Positions 9,205 through 20,531 are shown, counted from the stretch's first letter. The stretch is 64,000 nucleotides of DNA from Pseudobdellovibrionaceae bacterium (GCA_021463345.1 JAJTYM010000002.1:33422-97421), one strand, 5' to 3'. A program made the numbers and translations. Notes: generated from the letters alone by a model not told the origin.

Positions 9205-10356
9205 ATGGCGCAGATGAAACCCGGCAAATCCCAGGAGTTCGACAGCATCGTCATCGGCGGCGGCCTTTCGGGCCTGCTCGTCGCCCACCAACTCGAGGGC
9301 ACGGGCCGCAAAGTCGCGCTGATCGAGGCGCTGGACGTCGTCGGCGGCACGTGTCGGCCGCAGAACAGCGTCATCGGCCCCATCGACAACGGCCTGAAAT
9401 TCGTCCCGTCGACCCCGGTCGCGCGCGCGAACCTCGAATGGCTCGAGCTCGTTTTGGGCCAATCGCTCTCGCTCGAAGAGCTCGACGCGCCCCCGATCAC
9501 GTATGACAACGGCCGCTTCCAGCCGTTCGTCGGTTTCGGCGCTTTCGAACCGGAAGCGGCGGGCGAACTCGCGCATTTCGCGGCGCCGAAGCGCCTGGTG
9601 ACGGCTTCGACGCCGAAGGATTGGGTGCGGACCCTCGTGGAATCGTTCACGGGCGCCACGCTCCTCCAGTCGCACGCGACGAAACTGCAATACGACGACG
9701 GCTTCTTGATCGAAATCCTGATCAACGGCACGAAGAAACTCTCGGCCCGCGAATACGTTTTCTGCGCTCCCCCGCAACGCCTGGCGCCGCTGATCCCCGA
9801 AAGCGCCGCGTCCTCGCGCCAGCGCCAGCGCCTGTCCAAGGGCCCGTTCTTCACGGCCGTCTACCTCGACATGATCCACGCGGCGCCCGTGACCGATTCG
9901 CGCCAACTGCACATGCTCAAAGGCGCGAACGAAGAGCCTTTGGCGGGCGTCTTCCACCCCGCGGTGACGCTCGATAACGGCGAGCGCGCTCAGCATTCGC
10001 AATGGTGCACCTTCCTCCGCGCCGACCTGACCGACGACGCGGAGGAAACGGCGAACGCGCTCAAGAGAATCAAGCGCCAGGTGAAACGCGTTTACGAGAC
10101 CGCCCTCGACGGTTTGATCTCCGAACGCATCATGGTCGCTCCCGGCAGCCACGGCGAAATCGAAGGCTTGTTGGGGGAAAACCAACGTTGGCCGAAGATC
10201 GATAATCTCTGGGTCGCGAGCAACTTCTTCAACCCGAACCGGGACTTGATCGGCACCCTGGACCAAGCCCGGAAAGTGATCGCAAACTTCAGCGCCCCCC
10301 TCTTGGAAACGGACCTGGAAGAACCAACGCTCAAAAATCCCATGATCACGACCTAA
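9205..10356 (+). CDS. FAD/NAD(P)-binding oxidoreductase (amine-oxidase/phytoene-desaturase-like fold)
   Basis: The N-terminal dinucleotide-binding motif is FDSIVIGGGLSGLLVAHQLEGTGRKVALIEALDVVGG. Length is 383 aa. Confidence 0.75.
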   Translation: MAQMKPGKSQEFDSIVIGGGLSGLLVAHQLEGTGRKVALIEALDVVGGTCRPQNSVIGPIDNGLKFVPSTPVARANLEWLELVLGQSLSLEELDAPPITYDNGRFQPFVGFGAFEPEAAGELAHFAAPKRLVTASTPKDWVRTLVESFTGATLLQSHATKLQYDDGFLIEILINGTKKLSAREYVFCAPPQRLAPLIPESAASSRQRQRLSKGPFFTAVYLDMIHAAPVTDSRQLHMLKGANEEPLAGVFHPAVTLDNGERAQHSQWCTFLRADLTDDAEETANALKRIKRQVKRVYETALDGLISERIMVAPGSHGEIEGLLGENQRWPKIDNLWVASNFFNPNRDLIGTLDQARKVIANFSAPLLETDLEEPTLKNPMITT

Positions 10357-10593
10357 ACCACGCCTCCCGAAATGATGCTATGCGTCTAGTCTCCTTCTCA
10401 TTTCCCCCAATCCGACGAGAAGGACCAAAGGGTTGCGCAAGCGCCGCTGCGCGTGCTATCCCCCGTACGAGCGTTTTTTAATTACACACGTTCCGCACTC
10501 TCACTGGTCCCTTAAGAAGGGATGGCTCCCGTCGCTATTCGGCGCGGTCAGTCAGCGGAACGGAGGCCAAACCAGAATCGGGAGGACTATTCC

Positions 10594-11559
10594 ATGGCCC
10601 AAATCAATATGAAGGACATGCTCGACGCGGGCGTGCACTTCGGTCACCAAACCCAACGTTGGAACCCAAAAATGAAGCCGTACGTGTTCACGGCGCGCGG
10701 CGGGATCCACATCATCGACCTGCACAAATCGGTCGACAAAGCGAAAAAAGCGGCCGAAGCGGTGAAAGATCTCGCGGCCCGCGGCGGACGCCTCGTATTC
10801 GTCGGCACCAAAAAGCAAGCCATCGAGCCGATTCAGGAAGCGGCGAAGAGCTGTAACCAGTACTACGTCACCAAACGCTGGCTGGGCGGCATGCTCACCA
10901 ATTTCACCACCATCAAAGCGTCGATCGATCGTTTGAAAAAAATCGACCAGATGCGCGAAAAAGGCGAACTCGAGTATTTTTCCAAAAAAGAACGCGCCGG
11001 CATTGAAAAAGAGTATGAACGCCTCGTCGAGTACCTCGAAGGCATCCGCGACATGCAAGGCCCGCCCCACATGATGTTCGTCGTCGATCTCAACAAAGAG
11101 CACATCGCCGTCGCCGAAGCGCGCCGCCTCGGCATCCCGGTCGTCGGCATCGCCGACACGAACGTGGACCCCGACTCGATCGACTACCCGATCCCTGGCA
11201 ACGACGACGCGATTCGCTCGATCAAGCTTTTCGCCAACCTCGTGGCCGAAAGCTACATGGAAGGCGTCAAGATCCACGAGTCCAAGCTCCGCACGCAGAC
11301 CGACAAGGAATCGGACCTCGAAAAAGAGCTCACCGTCGCCGCCGCCCCGACCAGCGAACGGCGCGAACGCCGCCCGGGCGGGGGGGGCCGCAAGCCCGCC
11401 GCCGGGACGCAAGGCGCCCCTGAGAAAACGGGGCCCGCGGTCGTCAAGGCGAGCAAGACGCGCAAACTCGTCGCCGCCGGCCTCGCCGACGAGGTCGAGA
11501 TCCAGCAGGAGCTCGAGGAAGAGTCGACCAAGCCCGCGACCGAAGAATCCGAAAGCTGA
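10594..11559 (+). CDS. rpsB: 30S ribosomal protein S2 with an extended charged C-terminal tail
   Basis: ORF 10522..11559. GGGAGGA precedes ATG 10594, giving MAQINMKDMLDAGVHFGHQTQRWNPKM. Roughly 75 extra C-terminal residues are rich in R/G/E. Confidence 0.95.
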   Translation: MAQINMKDMLDAGVHFGHQTQRWNPKMKPYVFTARGGIHIIDLHKSVDKAKKAAEAVKDLAARGGRLVFVGTKKQAIEPIQEAAKSCNQYYVTKRWLGGMLTNFTTIKASIDRLKKIDQMREKGELEYFSKKERAGIEKEYERLVEYLEGIRDMQGPPHMMFVVDLNKEHIAVAEARRLGIPVVGIADTNVDPDSIDYPIPGNDDAIRSIKLFANLVAESYMEGVKIHESKLRTQTDKESDLEKELTVAAAPTSERRERRPGGGGRKPAAGTQGAPEKTGPAVVKASKTRKLVAAGLADEVEIQQELEEESTKPATEESES

Positions 11560-11576
11560 TCCGGCTCGGCATCGCG

Positions 11577-11600
11577 AGGGCGCCGGAGACCAGGCGCCCT
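11577..11600 (+). terminator. rpsB-tsf intergenic hairpin (possible attenuator)
   Basis: An 8-bp stem agggcgcc/ggcgccct flanks an 8-nt loop. Only a short T run (ttt) follows, so at best it is a weak terminator. Confidence 0.3.
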
Positions 11601-11637
11601 TTCCCAACATCCACAAATCCCCCGAGGAAAGAATCGT

Positions 11638-13006
<1,369 letters not shown>

Positions 13007-13036
13007 TCGCATTCCTTACCACGCGGGAGCTACAGC

Positions 13037-13594
13037 ATGCTCGACAAGATGAAAACCGAAGCGAAAAACAGCATGGAAAAAGCCATTGCGGCGTTGACGA
13101 ACGAACTCAAAAAAGTGCGGACGGGCCGCGCCCAGGTCTCGATGCTCGACGGCGTCAAAGTGAACTACTACGGCCAGCTCACGCCCCTCAACCAGGTGAG
13201 CGCCATCTCCACGCCGGACGCGAAGAGCTTCCTCATCGCTCCCTGGGAGCAACCGATGCTCAAGGAAGTCGAACAGGCCATCGTGAAAAGCGACCTGGGG
13301 CTCGCGCCGATCAACGACGGCAAGGTGATCCGCCTGAAAGTGCCGGACCTCACCGAAGAGCGCCGCAAAGACCTCGTGAAACAAACGAAAAAGATGATTG
13401 AAGACGCCAAGGTCGCGGTCCGTATGTCCCGCCGGGACGCCAACGAGCACGCCAAGAAATTCCTCAAGGACAAGGCGATCAGCGAAGACGACAACAAGCG
13501 GGCTCAGGACGAGATCCAAAAAATGACCGACCAATACATCGAGAGAATCGACAAAATGGCGGCTGAAAAAGAAAAAGAGATCATGACGATCTGA
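13037..13594 (+). CDS. frr: ribosome recycling factor
   Basis: The 185-aa ORF contains ...LDGVKVNYYGQLTPLNQVSAISTPDAKSFLIAPWE... and follows pyrH in conserved order. Confidence 0.95.
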   Translation: MLDKMKTEAKNSMEKAIAALTNELKKVRTGRAQVSMLDGVKVNYYGQLTPLNQVSAISTPDAKSFLIAPWEQPMLKEVEQAIVKSDLGLAPINDGKVIRLKVPDLTEERRKDLVKQTKKMIEDAKVAVRMSRRDANEHAKKFLKDKAISEDDNKRAQDEIQKMTDQYIERIDKMAAEKEKEIMTI

Positions 13595-13605
13595 GGAAGC
13601 CGCTT

Positions 13606-14469
13606 TTGAAGGTCCCGACTCATCTCGCAATCATCATGGACGGAAACGGCCGCTGGGCCCAGCTCCACGGCCGTGAACGCACGTTCGGGCACCTGCGCGG
13701 CGCTCGCATCGCGAAATCCGTCATCGAGCATTGCGCCGAGCTGGGGGTGAAGCACCTCACGCTCTACGCGTTCAGCACGGAGAACTGGCTGCGCCCGAAG
13801 ACCGAAGTCGCCTTCCTGATGCGGCTGCTCGCCCGCCACATGCGCAAGGAACGCGAGAGCCTCGTCGCCAACAACATCCGTTTCACGACGATCGGCGATC
13901 TGGCGCGGCTGCCCGAAGCGGTCCAGGCGGAAGTCCGAAAAACCAAAGCGGCCACCGCGCGCAACGACGGGATGCACCTGGTTTTCGCGCTCAGCTACGG
14001 CTCCCGCCAGGAACTGACCGCGGCCGCCCGGCGCCTCGCCGAGGACGTCGCCGCCGGGCGCCTGACCCCGGAAGACATCACCGAGGACGCGGTCCGCGCG
14101 CGGCTTGAGACGTCGGAAACGCCGGACCCGGACCTGATCATCCGCACGAGCGGCGAGTGCCGGCTGTCGAACTTCCTCATGTGGCAGGCCGCCTACAGCG
14201 AACTTTACGTCGCCAAAACCCTTTGGCCGGACTTCACGCTGCAGGAACTCGAGCACGCCTTCCTCTCGTTCGCGGATCGCGAGCGCCGCTTCGGCCGCAC
14301 GCACGCGCAGCTCGCGCCCGCCATCGCGCCCCTCGAAACGGCGAGCGCCTCGCTGGGGGGGCTTGATGCCGATCTCGAGGCGGAATTCGAAATCGACGCT
14401 TGCGACGAGGATTGCAACGAGCCTAAAGCCGCGTTCCGCGGTGATTCCATCCCTCAAACCGCGCCCTGA
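13606..14469 (+). CDS. uppS: isoprenyl transferase (undecaprenyl-diphosphate synthase) with an acidic C-terminal extension
   Basis: HLAIIMDGNGRWA and RTSGECRLSNFLMWQAAYSELY motifs are present. Length is 287 aa. Confidence 0.92.
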   Translation: MKVPTHLAIIMDGNGRWAQLHGRERTFGHLRGARIAKSVIEHCAELGVKHLTLYAFSTENWLRPKTEVAFLMRLLARHMRKERESLVANNIRFTTIGDLARLPEAVQAEVRKTKAATARNDGMHLVFALSYGSRQELTAAARRLAEDVAAGRLTPEDITEDAVRARLETSETPDPDLIIRTSGECRLSNFLMWQAAYSELYVAKTLWPDFTLQELEHAFLSFADRERRFGRTHAQLAPAIAPLETASASLGGLDADLEAEFEIDACDEDCNEPKAAFRGDSIPQTAP

Positions 14470-15278
14470 TGAAAGCCAGAGTCGTCTCCGCCCTCATCGC
14501 TGTCGGGCTCTTTATGGCGATTTACCGGTTCTTCGGCGTCCAGGGACTGTTCGTCATCTGCTGCTTGGTCGCGATCGGCTGCCTGCGCGAATACGGGCGA
14601 CTCGCGTTCGCGGCCAGCGAGGCGCCCGGGCATTTGCGTTGGTCGTTCCATGTCCTCGCGATCGGCGTGTTCGCGGGGGTTTTGTTCGGCGACGCCACGG
14701 GTCTGCTCGCGATCGTCATCGGCTCGGTCTCGTTCCTGGCCATGGCCCTGACGGACGCCACGACCCGGGAAGATCTGGACCGGGTCCTGAAACACCAGAG
14801 CCTGGGCCTGCTCGGTTTTCTGTACGTGGGCTTGATGCCGGCGCTCGGGACCCGTCTGCTCGATCTCCCCAAAGGCGACCTGTGGCTGCTCGGCTTGCTC
14901 GCGATCGTGTTCAGCGGTGACTCGCTGGCCTATTTCGTGGGAAGCAAGTTCGGCAAGACCCGCCTCCTCGAGGCCGTTTCCCCAAAAAAATCCATCGAAG
15001 GCGCTATCGGAGGCCTGATCGGGTCGGGCGTGGCGGGATTGGCCATGAGCTTCATCATCCCCGGCCAATCGGCCGTTCTTTTGACGGCCGCGGCGATCGT
15101 GACCGGCGTATTTGCGCAGGTCGGCGATCTTTTCGAGTCGCTCCTGAAGCGGGTCGCCGACGTCAAGGACTCCGGTTCGGTCATGCCCGGCCACGGAGGG
15201 ATTCTCGATAGATGCGACGGCGTCTACTTCGCATCGCCCGTTTATTACGTTTTAGCGCGGTTTCTGATCGGTACTTGA
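14469..15278 (+). CDS. cdsA: phosphatidate cytidylyltransferase
   Basis: The protein is multi-TM. It carries SKFGKTRLLEAVSPKKSIEGAIGG and C-terminal GHGGILDRCDG motifs. Its start abuts the uppS stop. Confidence 0.88.
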   Translation: MKARVVSALIAVGLFMAIYRFFGVQGLFVICCLVAIGCLREYGRLAFAASEAPGHLRWSFHVLAIGVFAGVLFGDATGLLAIVIGSVSFLAMALTDATTREDLDRVLKHQSLGLLGFLYVGLMPALGTRLLDLPKGDLWLLGLLAIVFSGDSLAYFVGSKFGKTRLLEAVSPKKSIEGAIGGLIGSGVAGLAMSFIIPGQSAVLLTAAAIVTGVFAQVGDLFESLLKRVADVKDSGSVMPGHGGILDRCDGVYFASPVYYVLARFLIGT

Positions 15279-15336
15279 CGATCCCGAGCAGAAAAAGGTG
15301 GTCCGCTCCCTCCCGGGCTTCTACAATCTAAAGTCT

Positions 15337-17061
15337 ATGGCTCAACTGATCTCTTTCCTCCAAGACAGCGTCGCCTACCTCGTGCCGATGATCGTTCTCC
15401 TCGGCCTCCTGATCTTCGTCCACGAGCTCGGCCACTTCCTGGTCGCGAAGTATTACAAAGTGCGCGTGGAAGTGTTCAGCCTGGGGTTCGGGCCGAAGAT
15501 CTTCAAATTCAAGCGCGGCGACACGGTCTACGCCATCTCCGCGATCCCGCTCGGCGGTTACGTCAAGATGTTCGGCGACGACCCGACGGCCGATGTGCCA
15601 GACGCGCAAAAGACGGTCTCGTTCACTCATAAGCCGGTGGGCCAACGCATCGGCATCGTGCTCGCCGGCCCGCTCATGAACTTCGGCTTCGCGATCTTGA
15701 TTTTCGCGATCGTCGCCCTCATCGGCGAGCAGACCCTCTCTCCGAAACTCGGCGACATCGACGCCGCGTCCGACGCGCACGCGGCGGGGTTCCGCGCGGG
15801 CGACACCGTGAAGAAAATCGACGGCGAGGCGATCGACTCCTGGGACGCCATGACGGCGCGGATCGAGGACAAGGGCGACCAAGTCGTCCATTTCGAGATC
15901 GAGCGGGCCGGCGAACCCCGGCCCGTGGCTGTCTCGGCCACCCCCAAAACCGTCGACAACAAGAACGTGCTCAGCTGGAACAGCCGCGTCGGCGAGATCA
16001 CTGGCCTCGACTTCTCTTCGCGCGCGAGCATCGTCGGCGTCGTCGATCCGGAAAGCGCCGCGGGGCGGAGCGGGCTGAGAAGCGGCGACATCGTCGTTTC
16101 CGTCGACAGCGTCGCCGTCGACAAGTGGCGCGAGCTCGCGGCCGAGACCGCCAAGAACGACGACGACGGAGAGCTGAAGGTCTCTTTCAAACGCCCTGAC
16201 TTCGAGGTCGCCACTGATCTGAGCGGCGTCGAGCCGCGAACCGCCGTCATCGCCGTCCCGGAAGGGGCGCGAGCCCTCGATGGAGAGCAGGCGCTCGCCG
16301 CCATCGGCATCGAATTCCCGGAAACGTATCTCGCCGCGTTCGATAAGAAATCACCGGCCGCGAAGGCCGGCCTCAAAGCCGGGGACAAGATCACGGTGAT
16401 CGACGGTAAGCCCGTCGCGACCTTCGAGGACATCGCCAAAATCATCCGCGCGTACGGCAAAGACGCGGCCCCCGAGGACGGCAAAGCCGAAGCGAGGCCC
16501 CTCGTGATCAGCGCGGTCCGGGACGGACGGCCCCAGGACTTCAACGTCATCCCGCATTTCAAGGAACGCATGAACAACATGGGCCGCGAGGAGGCGCGCT
16601 TCGAGATCGGCATCAAACCCATGATCATCGACGCGCCGGCGGCGACCTTCAAGAAAAGCACCTCGAACCCCGTCGAAGCGGCGGTCCGCGGCTGGAACCA
16701 GACGGTCCGTTGGACGAATGTCACCGTCCTGAGTTTCGTGCGCCTGTTCCAGAACGAAGTCTCGGCCAAAAACATCGGCGGGTTCATCTCGATCGGCACC
16801 ATGGCCAAAAAATCGTGGCAAATCGGCGCCTCTCAGTTCATGAACGTGATGGCGATCATCTCGATCAACCTGTTCATCCTGAACCTGCTGCCGGTGCCGG
16901 TGCTCGACGGCGGACATCTTGTGTTTTTCGGGATCGAGGCCCTGCGAGGGGCTCCGTTGAGCATGCGCAAGATGGAGATCGCCCAGCAGGTCGGTCTCGT
17001 TCTCCTGCTCGGGCTCATGGTCTTCGCCCTCTTCAACGACATCGGCCGCCTCTTCAACTGA
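15337..17061 (+). CDS. rseP: RIP zinc metalloprotease RseP (site-2 protease with PDZ region)
   Basis: ORF 15298..17061, with ATG 15337 giving MAQLISFLQDSV... HELGH and C-terminal NLLPVPVLDGGH motifs are present. Confidence 0.9.
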   Translation: MAQLISFLQDSVAYLVPMIVLLGLLIFVHELGHFLVAKYYKVRVEVFSLGFGPKIFKFKRGDTVYAISAIPLGGYVKMFGDDPTADVPDAQKTVSFTHKPVGQRIGIVLAGPLMNFGFAILIFAIVALIGEQTLSPKLGDIDAASDAHAAGFRAGDTVKKIDGEAIDSWDAMTARIEDKGDQVVHFEIERAGEPRPVAVSATPKTVDNKNVLSWNSRVGEITGLDFSSRASIVGVVDPESAAGRSGLRSGDIVVSVDSVAVDKWRELAAETAKNDDDGELKVSFKRPDFEVATDLSGVEPRTAVIAVPEGARALDGEQALAAIGIEFPETYLAAFDKKSPAAKAGLKAGDKITVIDGKPVATFEDIAKIIRAYGKDAAPEDGKAEARPLVISAVRDGRPQDFNVIPHFKERMNNMGREEARFEIGIKPMIIDAPAATFKKSTSNPVEAAVRGWNQTVRWTNVTVLSFVRLFQNEVSAKNIGGFISIGTMAKKSWQIGASQFMNVMAIISINLFILNLLPVPVLDGGHLVFFGIEALRGAPLSMRKMEIAQQVGLVLLLGLMVFALFNDIGRLFN

Positions 17062-17081
17062 CGGGTCTTCCAGAGCCTCGC

Positions 17082-17780
17082 GTGATCGTCCTCGCTTTCG
17101 ACACCAGCACGAATCAAGGCGGCGTCGCGGTCCTCAAGGATCGCGACGTGCTCGCCCGGCGCGTTTGGGCCCGGGAAAAATCGCACAGCGAGACGCTGAC
17201 GGCGACGATCGAGGACACGCTCCGCGACGCGGGCATCGGCCTGAGCGACGTCGAGCGCCTCGCGGTGGGCCGCGGCCCCGGTAGCTTCACCGGGATCCGA
17301 GTCGCGATCAACGCCGCCCGCGCGCTCGCGTACGCCCGCGCGCTTCCGATACACGCGTTCGACACCACCGAGATCCTCGCGGCGTCCGTCCCCGTTCTGA
17401 CATCCCCTCTCCTCGTCGCCGTCAACGCGCACAAAAACCTGCTCTACGTCAGCCGCTTTGCGCCGCGGGCCGGCCGTTGGTCCAGGGAGAGGGGCCCAGA
17501 GGCCCTCACCATCGGCGAACTCGAGGAGAGCGTCGTGATCGAGCACGTCTGCGTCGGCGACGGGTACGACGAGTTCGCGAGCGTTTTTCCGCCTGGGCTC
17601 AAAGCCCGGCTTTCCCGCGACTCGCGCCTCTCCGACGCCCCCGACCCCGTCGCGCTCGGCCGACTGGCCTTCGAAAGCCGGGGCGCGCCGTTGGTCTGGA
17701 ATGAGCTGCAGGCCCTTTATATCCGGTCGAGCGAGGCCGAAGAACAGTTGCGAGAACGCCTGAAGAATCGCCCCGATTGA
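17082..17780 (+). CDS. tsaB: tRNA threonylcarbamoyladenosine biosynthesis protein TsaB
   Basis: In-frame GTG 17082 gives VIVLAFDTSTNQGGVAVLKD. The motif GRGPGSFTGIRVAINAA is present. The upstream part of ORF 16710.. overlaps rseP and is rejected. Confidence 0.8.
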   Translation: MIVLAFDTSTNQGGVAVLKDRDVLARRVWAREKSHSETLTATIEDTLRDAGIGLSDVERLAVGRGPGSFTGIRVAINAARALAYARALPIHAFDTTEILAASVPVLTSPLLVAVNAHKNLLYVSRFAPRAGRWSRERGPEALTIGELEESVVIEHVCVGDGYDEFASVFPPGLKARLSRDSRLSDAPDPVALGRLAFESRGAPLVWNELQALYIRSSEAEEQLRERLKNRPD

Positions 17781-17816
17781 CGCGTCCGAGACGCCGGGGC
17801 CAGTGGAAGGTTCCGG

Positions 17817-18788
17817 ATGTCGAAAGCGGTTGTCAGCGGATCGACCGAGCCCTGCGTGCCCCCGCCCAGCGCGGGCGTGAATCGTATTTGGGCGGTCGGC
17901 GGCGGCAAAGGCGGCATCGGAAAGAGCTTCATCAGCTCGACGCTCGCGATCTGCCTTTCGCGCATGGGGAAAAACGTCACGCTCGTCGATCTCGACCTGG
18001 GGAGCGCGAACCTGCACACATGCCTCGGGATGAAAGAGCCCAAACTGAGCCTTTCGGATTTCATCAGCGGGCGCGCGAATACCCTCGATGAGGTCAGCTC
18101 CGCCACCGAATTCCAGAACCTGAGGTTCGTCAGCGGGTTCAACGACGCCTTGAACATCGCGGACCTCGCGACGGAGCAAAAACGAAGACTCGTGGGCGCG
18201 CTGCGCGCGATCGAGACCCCGTACGTGATCCTGGACCTCGGCGCCGGCACCACCGAGAACACGCTCGACTTCTTCCTCGCGGCCGACGAAAAGCTGATCG
18301 CGGCGACGCCGGAACCGACCAGCATCGAAAACGCGTACAGGTTCATCAAGTCCAGCTACTATCGCCGGCTGCGCGACGCCGAAACCGAGCTCGGGGTCCG
18401 GGAACTCGTCGAAGACGCGATGGATTCGCGCAACAAACTGGGGATCCGCAACCCGGCGGACCTGCTCCGACACGTCACGCAGAAGAACCCGGCCGCCGGC
18501 GAGAGCCTGCACCGACTGATTTCGGACTTCCACCTGCACATCATCCTCAATCAGGTCCGCACGCGCGCCGACGTCGAACTCGGTCATTCAATCAAAAGCG
18601 TTTGCCAAAAATACTTCGGGGTCGAATGCGACTACCTCGGTTACATCGATCATGATAATGCGGTATGGCAGGCCCTGCGGAAACGACGGCCGCTCATCGT
18701 CGAGCACCCGTATTCGAGCATCGTCGGGCAGTTTTTGAACATGGCCAAAAATCTCTTGAATCCCCATTCGGTCCGAGCCGTGATATAA
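17817..18788 (+). CDS. MinD/ParA-family P-loop ATPase
   Basis: The deviant Walker A is AVGGGKGGIGKSFISSTLA, and Walker B reads YVILDLGAG. Length is 323 aa. Confidence 0.8.
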   Translation: MSKAVVSGSTEPCVPPPSAGVNRIWAVGGGKGGIGKSFISSTLAICLSRMGKNVTLVDLDLGSANLHTCLGMKEPKLSLSDFISGRANTLDEVSSATEFQNLRFVSGFNDALNIADLATEQKRRLVGALRAIETPYVILDLGAGTTENTLDFFLAADEKLIAATPEPTSIENAYRFIKSSYYRRLRDAETELGVRELVEDAMDSRNKLGIRNPADLLRHVTQKNPAAGESLHRLISDFHLHIILNQVRTRADVELGHSIKSVCQKYFGVECDYLGYIDHDNAVWQALRKRRPLIVEHPYSSIVGQFLNMAKNLLNPHSVRAVI

Positions 18789-18795
18789 CTGCGTT

Positions 18796-19524
18796 ATGTC
18801 GAGTCACCGGCAAGGCACGAACTATTACGAGATTCTGGAAATCGATCGCGATGCCCCGCAGAACGAGATCCATAAGGCCTACCAGCGAGCCAAAGCCACG
18901 TACTCGGCCGACAATCCCGCTCTTTACAGCATGTTCAGCAAAGAGGAGGCGCGTGAGCTCGCGCGCATGATCGAAGAGGCGTACGCGATCCTCGGCAACC
19001 AGGCCCGCCGCAAAACGTACGACCAAACGCTCGTGGAAGGCGGCTCCTCGCAGGTCCACTTGGCTCCCATGGCCCCCGTGACCGTCGAACGCGCGAAAAT
19101 ATCCCATGAACAGCTCCCGGACCTCGGCGCTCCGGAGCCGGGCTCCGCAACGGGCGAGGCGTACATGATCCATAAAAAGGAATCCCCGAAGCCAGCCCTC
19201 GCGACCGGGATGGCGCGCACTCCCGTCAGCACCTACAAAGTCGATGAGAGCCTCGAAAGCGAGATCGAGTCGGTCGATGAGTGGACGGGCGCCCTGCTGC
19301 AGAAGGTGCGCAACTATAAAAACGTCAGCGTCGACCAAATCAGCGAATCCTCGCGCATCAGCCGAACGTACTTGAACGCGGTCGAGAACGACGATTTCTC
19401 CGCGCTCCCGGCGCCCGTGTTCGTGCGGGGCTTCGTCGTGCAGATCGCCCGCGTGCTCGGCCTCGACGAAGGTCGCGTCGCCTCCAGCTACATGAAGCAC
19501 TTCCGCGCGAAGACCGGGAAGTGA
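18796..19524 (+). CDS. J-like domain protein lacking HPD, fused to a RodZ-type helix-turn-helix
   Basis: The N-terminus NYYEILEIDRDAPQNEIHKAYQRAKATYSADNP aligns with DnaJ ...KYHPDRN, with HPD replaced by SAD. The C-terminus VSVDQISESSRISRTYLNAVENDDFSALPAPVFVRGFV is a RodZ/Xre-like HTH. Confidence 0.8.
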   Translation: MSSHRQGTNYYEILEIDRDAPQNEIHKAYQRAKATYSADNPALYSMFSKEEARELARMIEEAYAILGNQARRKTYDQTLVEGGSSQVHLAPMAPVTVERAKISHEQLPDLGAPEPGSATGEAYMIHKKESPKPALATGMARTPVSTYKVDESLESEIESVDEWTGALLQKVRNYKNVSVDQISESSRISRTYLNAVENDDFSALPAPVFVRGFVVQIARVLGLDEGRVASSYMKHFRAKTGK

Positions 19525-20531
19525 GCCTTCCCGCCATGCCCGAGGGGAGGTTCAGGTCCATCCGGTTCGAGATCACGCCCGAGCTCGCCGGTCAGCGCAT
19601 CGACAAAGCGCTCGTCGCGTGCCCGGAAGTCGCCACCCGGTCCCAAGCTTCGCGCCTGATCGCTCTCGGCCTCGTGAAGCGGCTCGGAACGGTCGTGAAA
19701 GCCTCGCAGCCGGCCGAGACGGGGGAAGTTTACGATCTGGAAATCCCCGTCGAGGAAACCTCCGGCCTCGTCCCCTACGAATTCCCGCTCGACATCGTTT
19801 ACGAGGACGATCAATTGATCGTGGTCAACAAACCCTCTGGCCTCGTCGTTCATCCCGCCTACGGACACCCGCACGACACTCTCGTCAACGCGCTCTTGCA
19901 TCACACGACGGATCTATCTATGGGCTTCGGCGAACGGCGCCCCGGCCTCGTCCATCGCATCGACAAGGGGACCAGCGGGCTCCTCGTGATCGCCAAGAAC
20001 GATGAAGCGCAGCGCTTCCTCGCGATGCAGTTCCAAGAGAAAACCACGCATCGCGTGTACCGGGCGATCACGATCGGCGCTCTCAAGCCGCGCGAAGGGA
20101 CGATCCGCAGTTTCCTCAGCCGGCATCCCGACGACCGCAAACGGGTCGCGTCGGTCCCGGAAGCCGCTCCGGGCGAGGAGCAGCGAGGCAAACGCGCCGT
20201 CACGCACTACAAAGTCTTGAAAGATCATCCCTCCGGCCTGGCTTTGGTCGAGTTGCGGCTGGAAACGGGGCGAACGCATCAGATTCGCGTGCACCTTTCC
20301 GAAAGCGGCGTCCCGATCGCGGGTGACGAGACCTACGGCGGCGTGAAAAGATTGAAGAACGTGAAATCGCCGCGGATCCGCGAAATCATCGCGGCGTCCG
20401 GGAGGTTCGCCCTGCACGCGGCCGAGCTGGGATTCACCCACCCGACCGCGCGCGAGCGCCTTTCGTTCAAAGCGGACTGGCCGGAGGATCTGCGCCCGTT
20501 GGTCGAACACTTGGGATTTGAAAGCCTATGA
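19521..20531 (+). CDS. rluD: RluA/RluD-family 23S rRNA pseudouridine synthase
   Basis: An S4-like N-terminus is followed by the catalytic motif HRIDKGTSGLLVIAKN. Length is 336 aa. The start could instead be ATG 19536. Confidence 0.87.
   Translation: MSLPAMPEGRFRSIRFEITPELAGQRIDKALVACPEVATRSQASRLIALGLVKRLGTVVKASQPAETGEVYDLEIPVEETSGLVPYEFPLDIVYEDDQLIVVNKPSGLVVHPAYGHPHDTLVNALLHHTTDLSMGFGERRPGLVHRIDKGTSGLLVIAKNDEAQRFLAMQFQEKTTHRVYRAITIGALKPREGTIRSFLSRHPDDRKRVASVPEAAPGEEQRGKRAVTHYKVLKDHPSGLALVELRLETGRTHQIRVHLSESGVPIAGDETYGGVKRLKNVKSPRIREIIAASGRFALHAAELGFTHPTARERLSFKADWPEDLRPLVEHLGFESL

Noticed and set aside
13037-17061. Absence of dxr and bamA from the frr-uppS-cdsA-rseP block
   Set aside because: In E. 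coli dxr sits between frr and uppS, and bamA follows rseP. Here those gaps are 11 and 20 nt. This is a synteny difference only. It says nothing by itself about isoprenoid pathway content without the rest of the genome.
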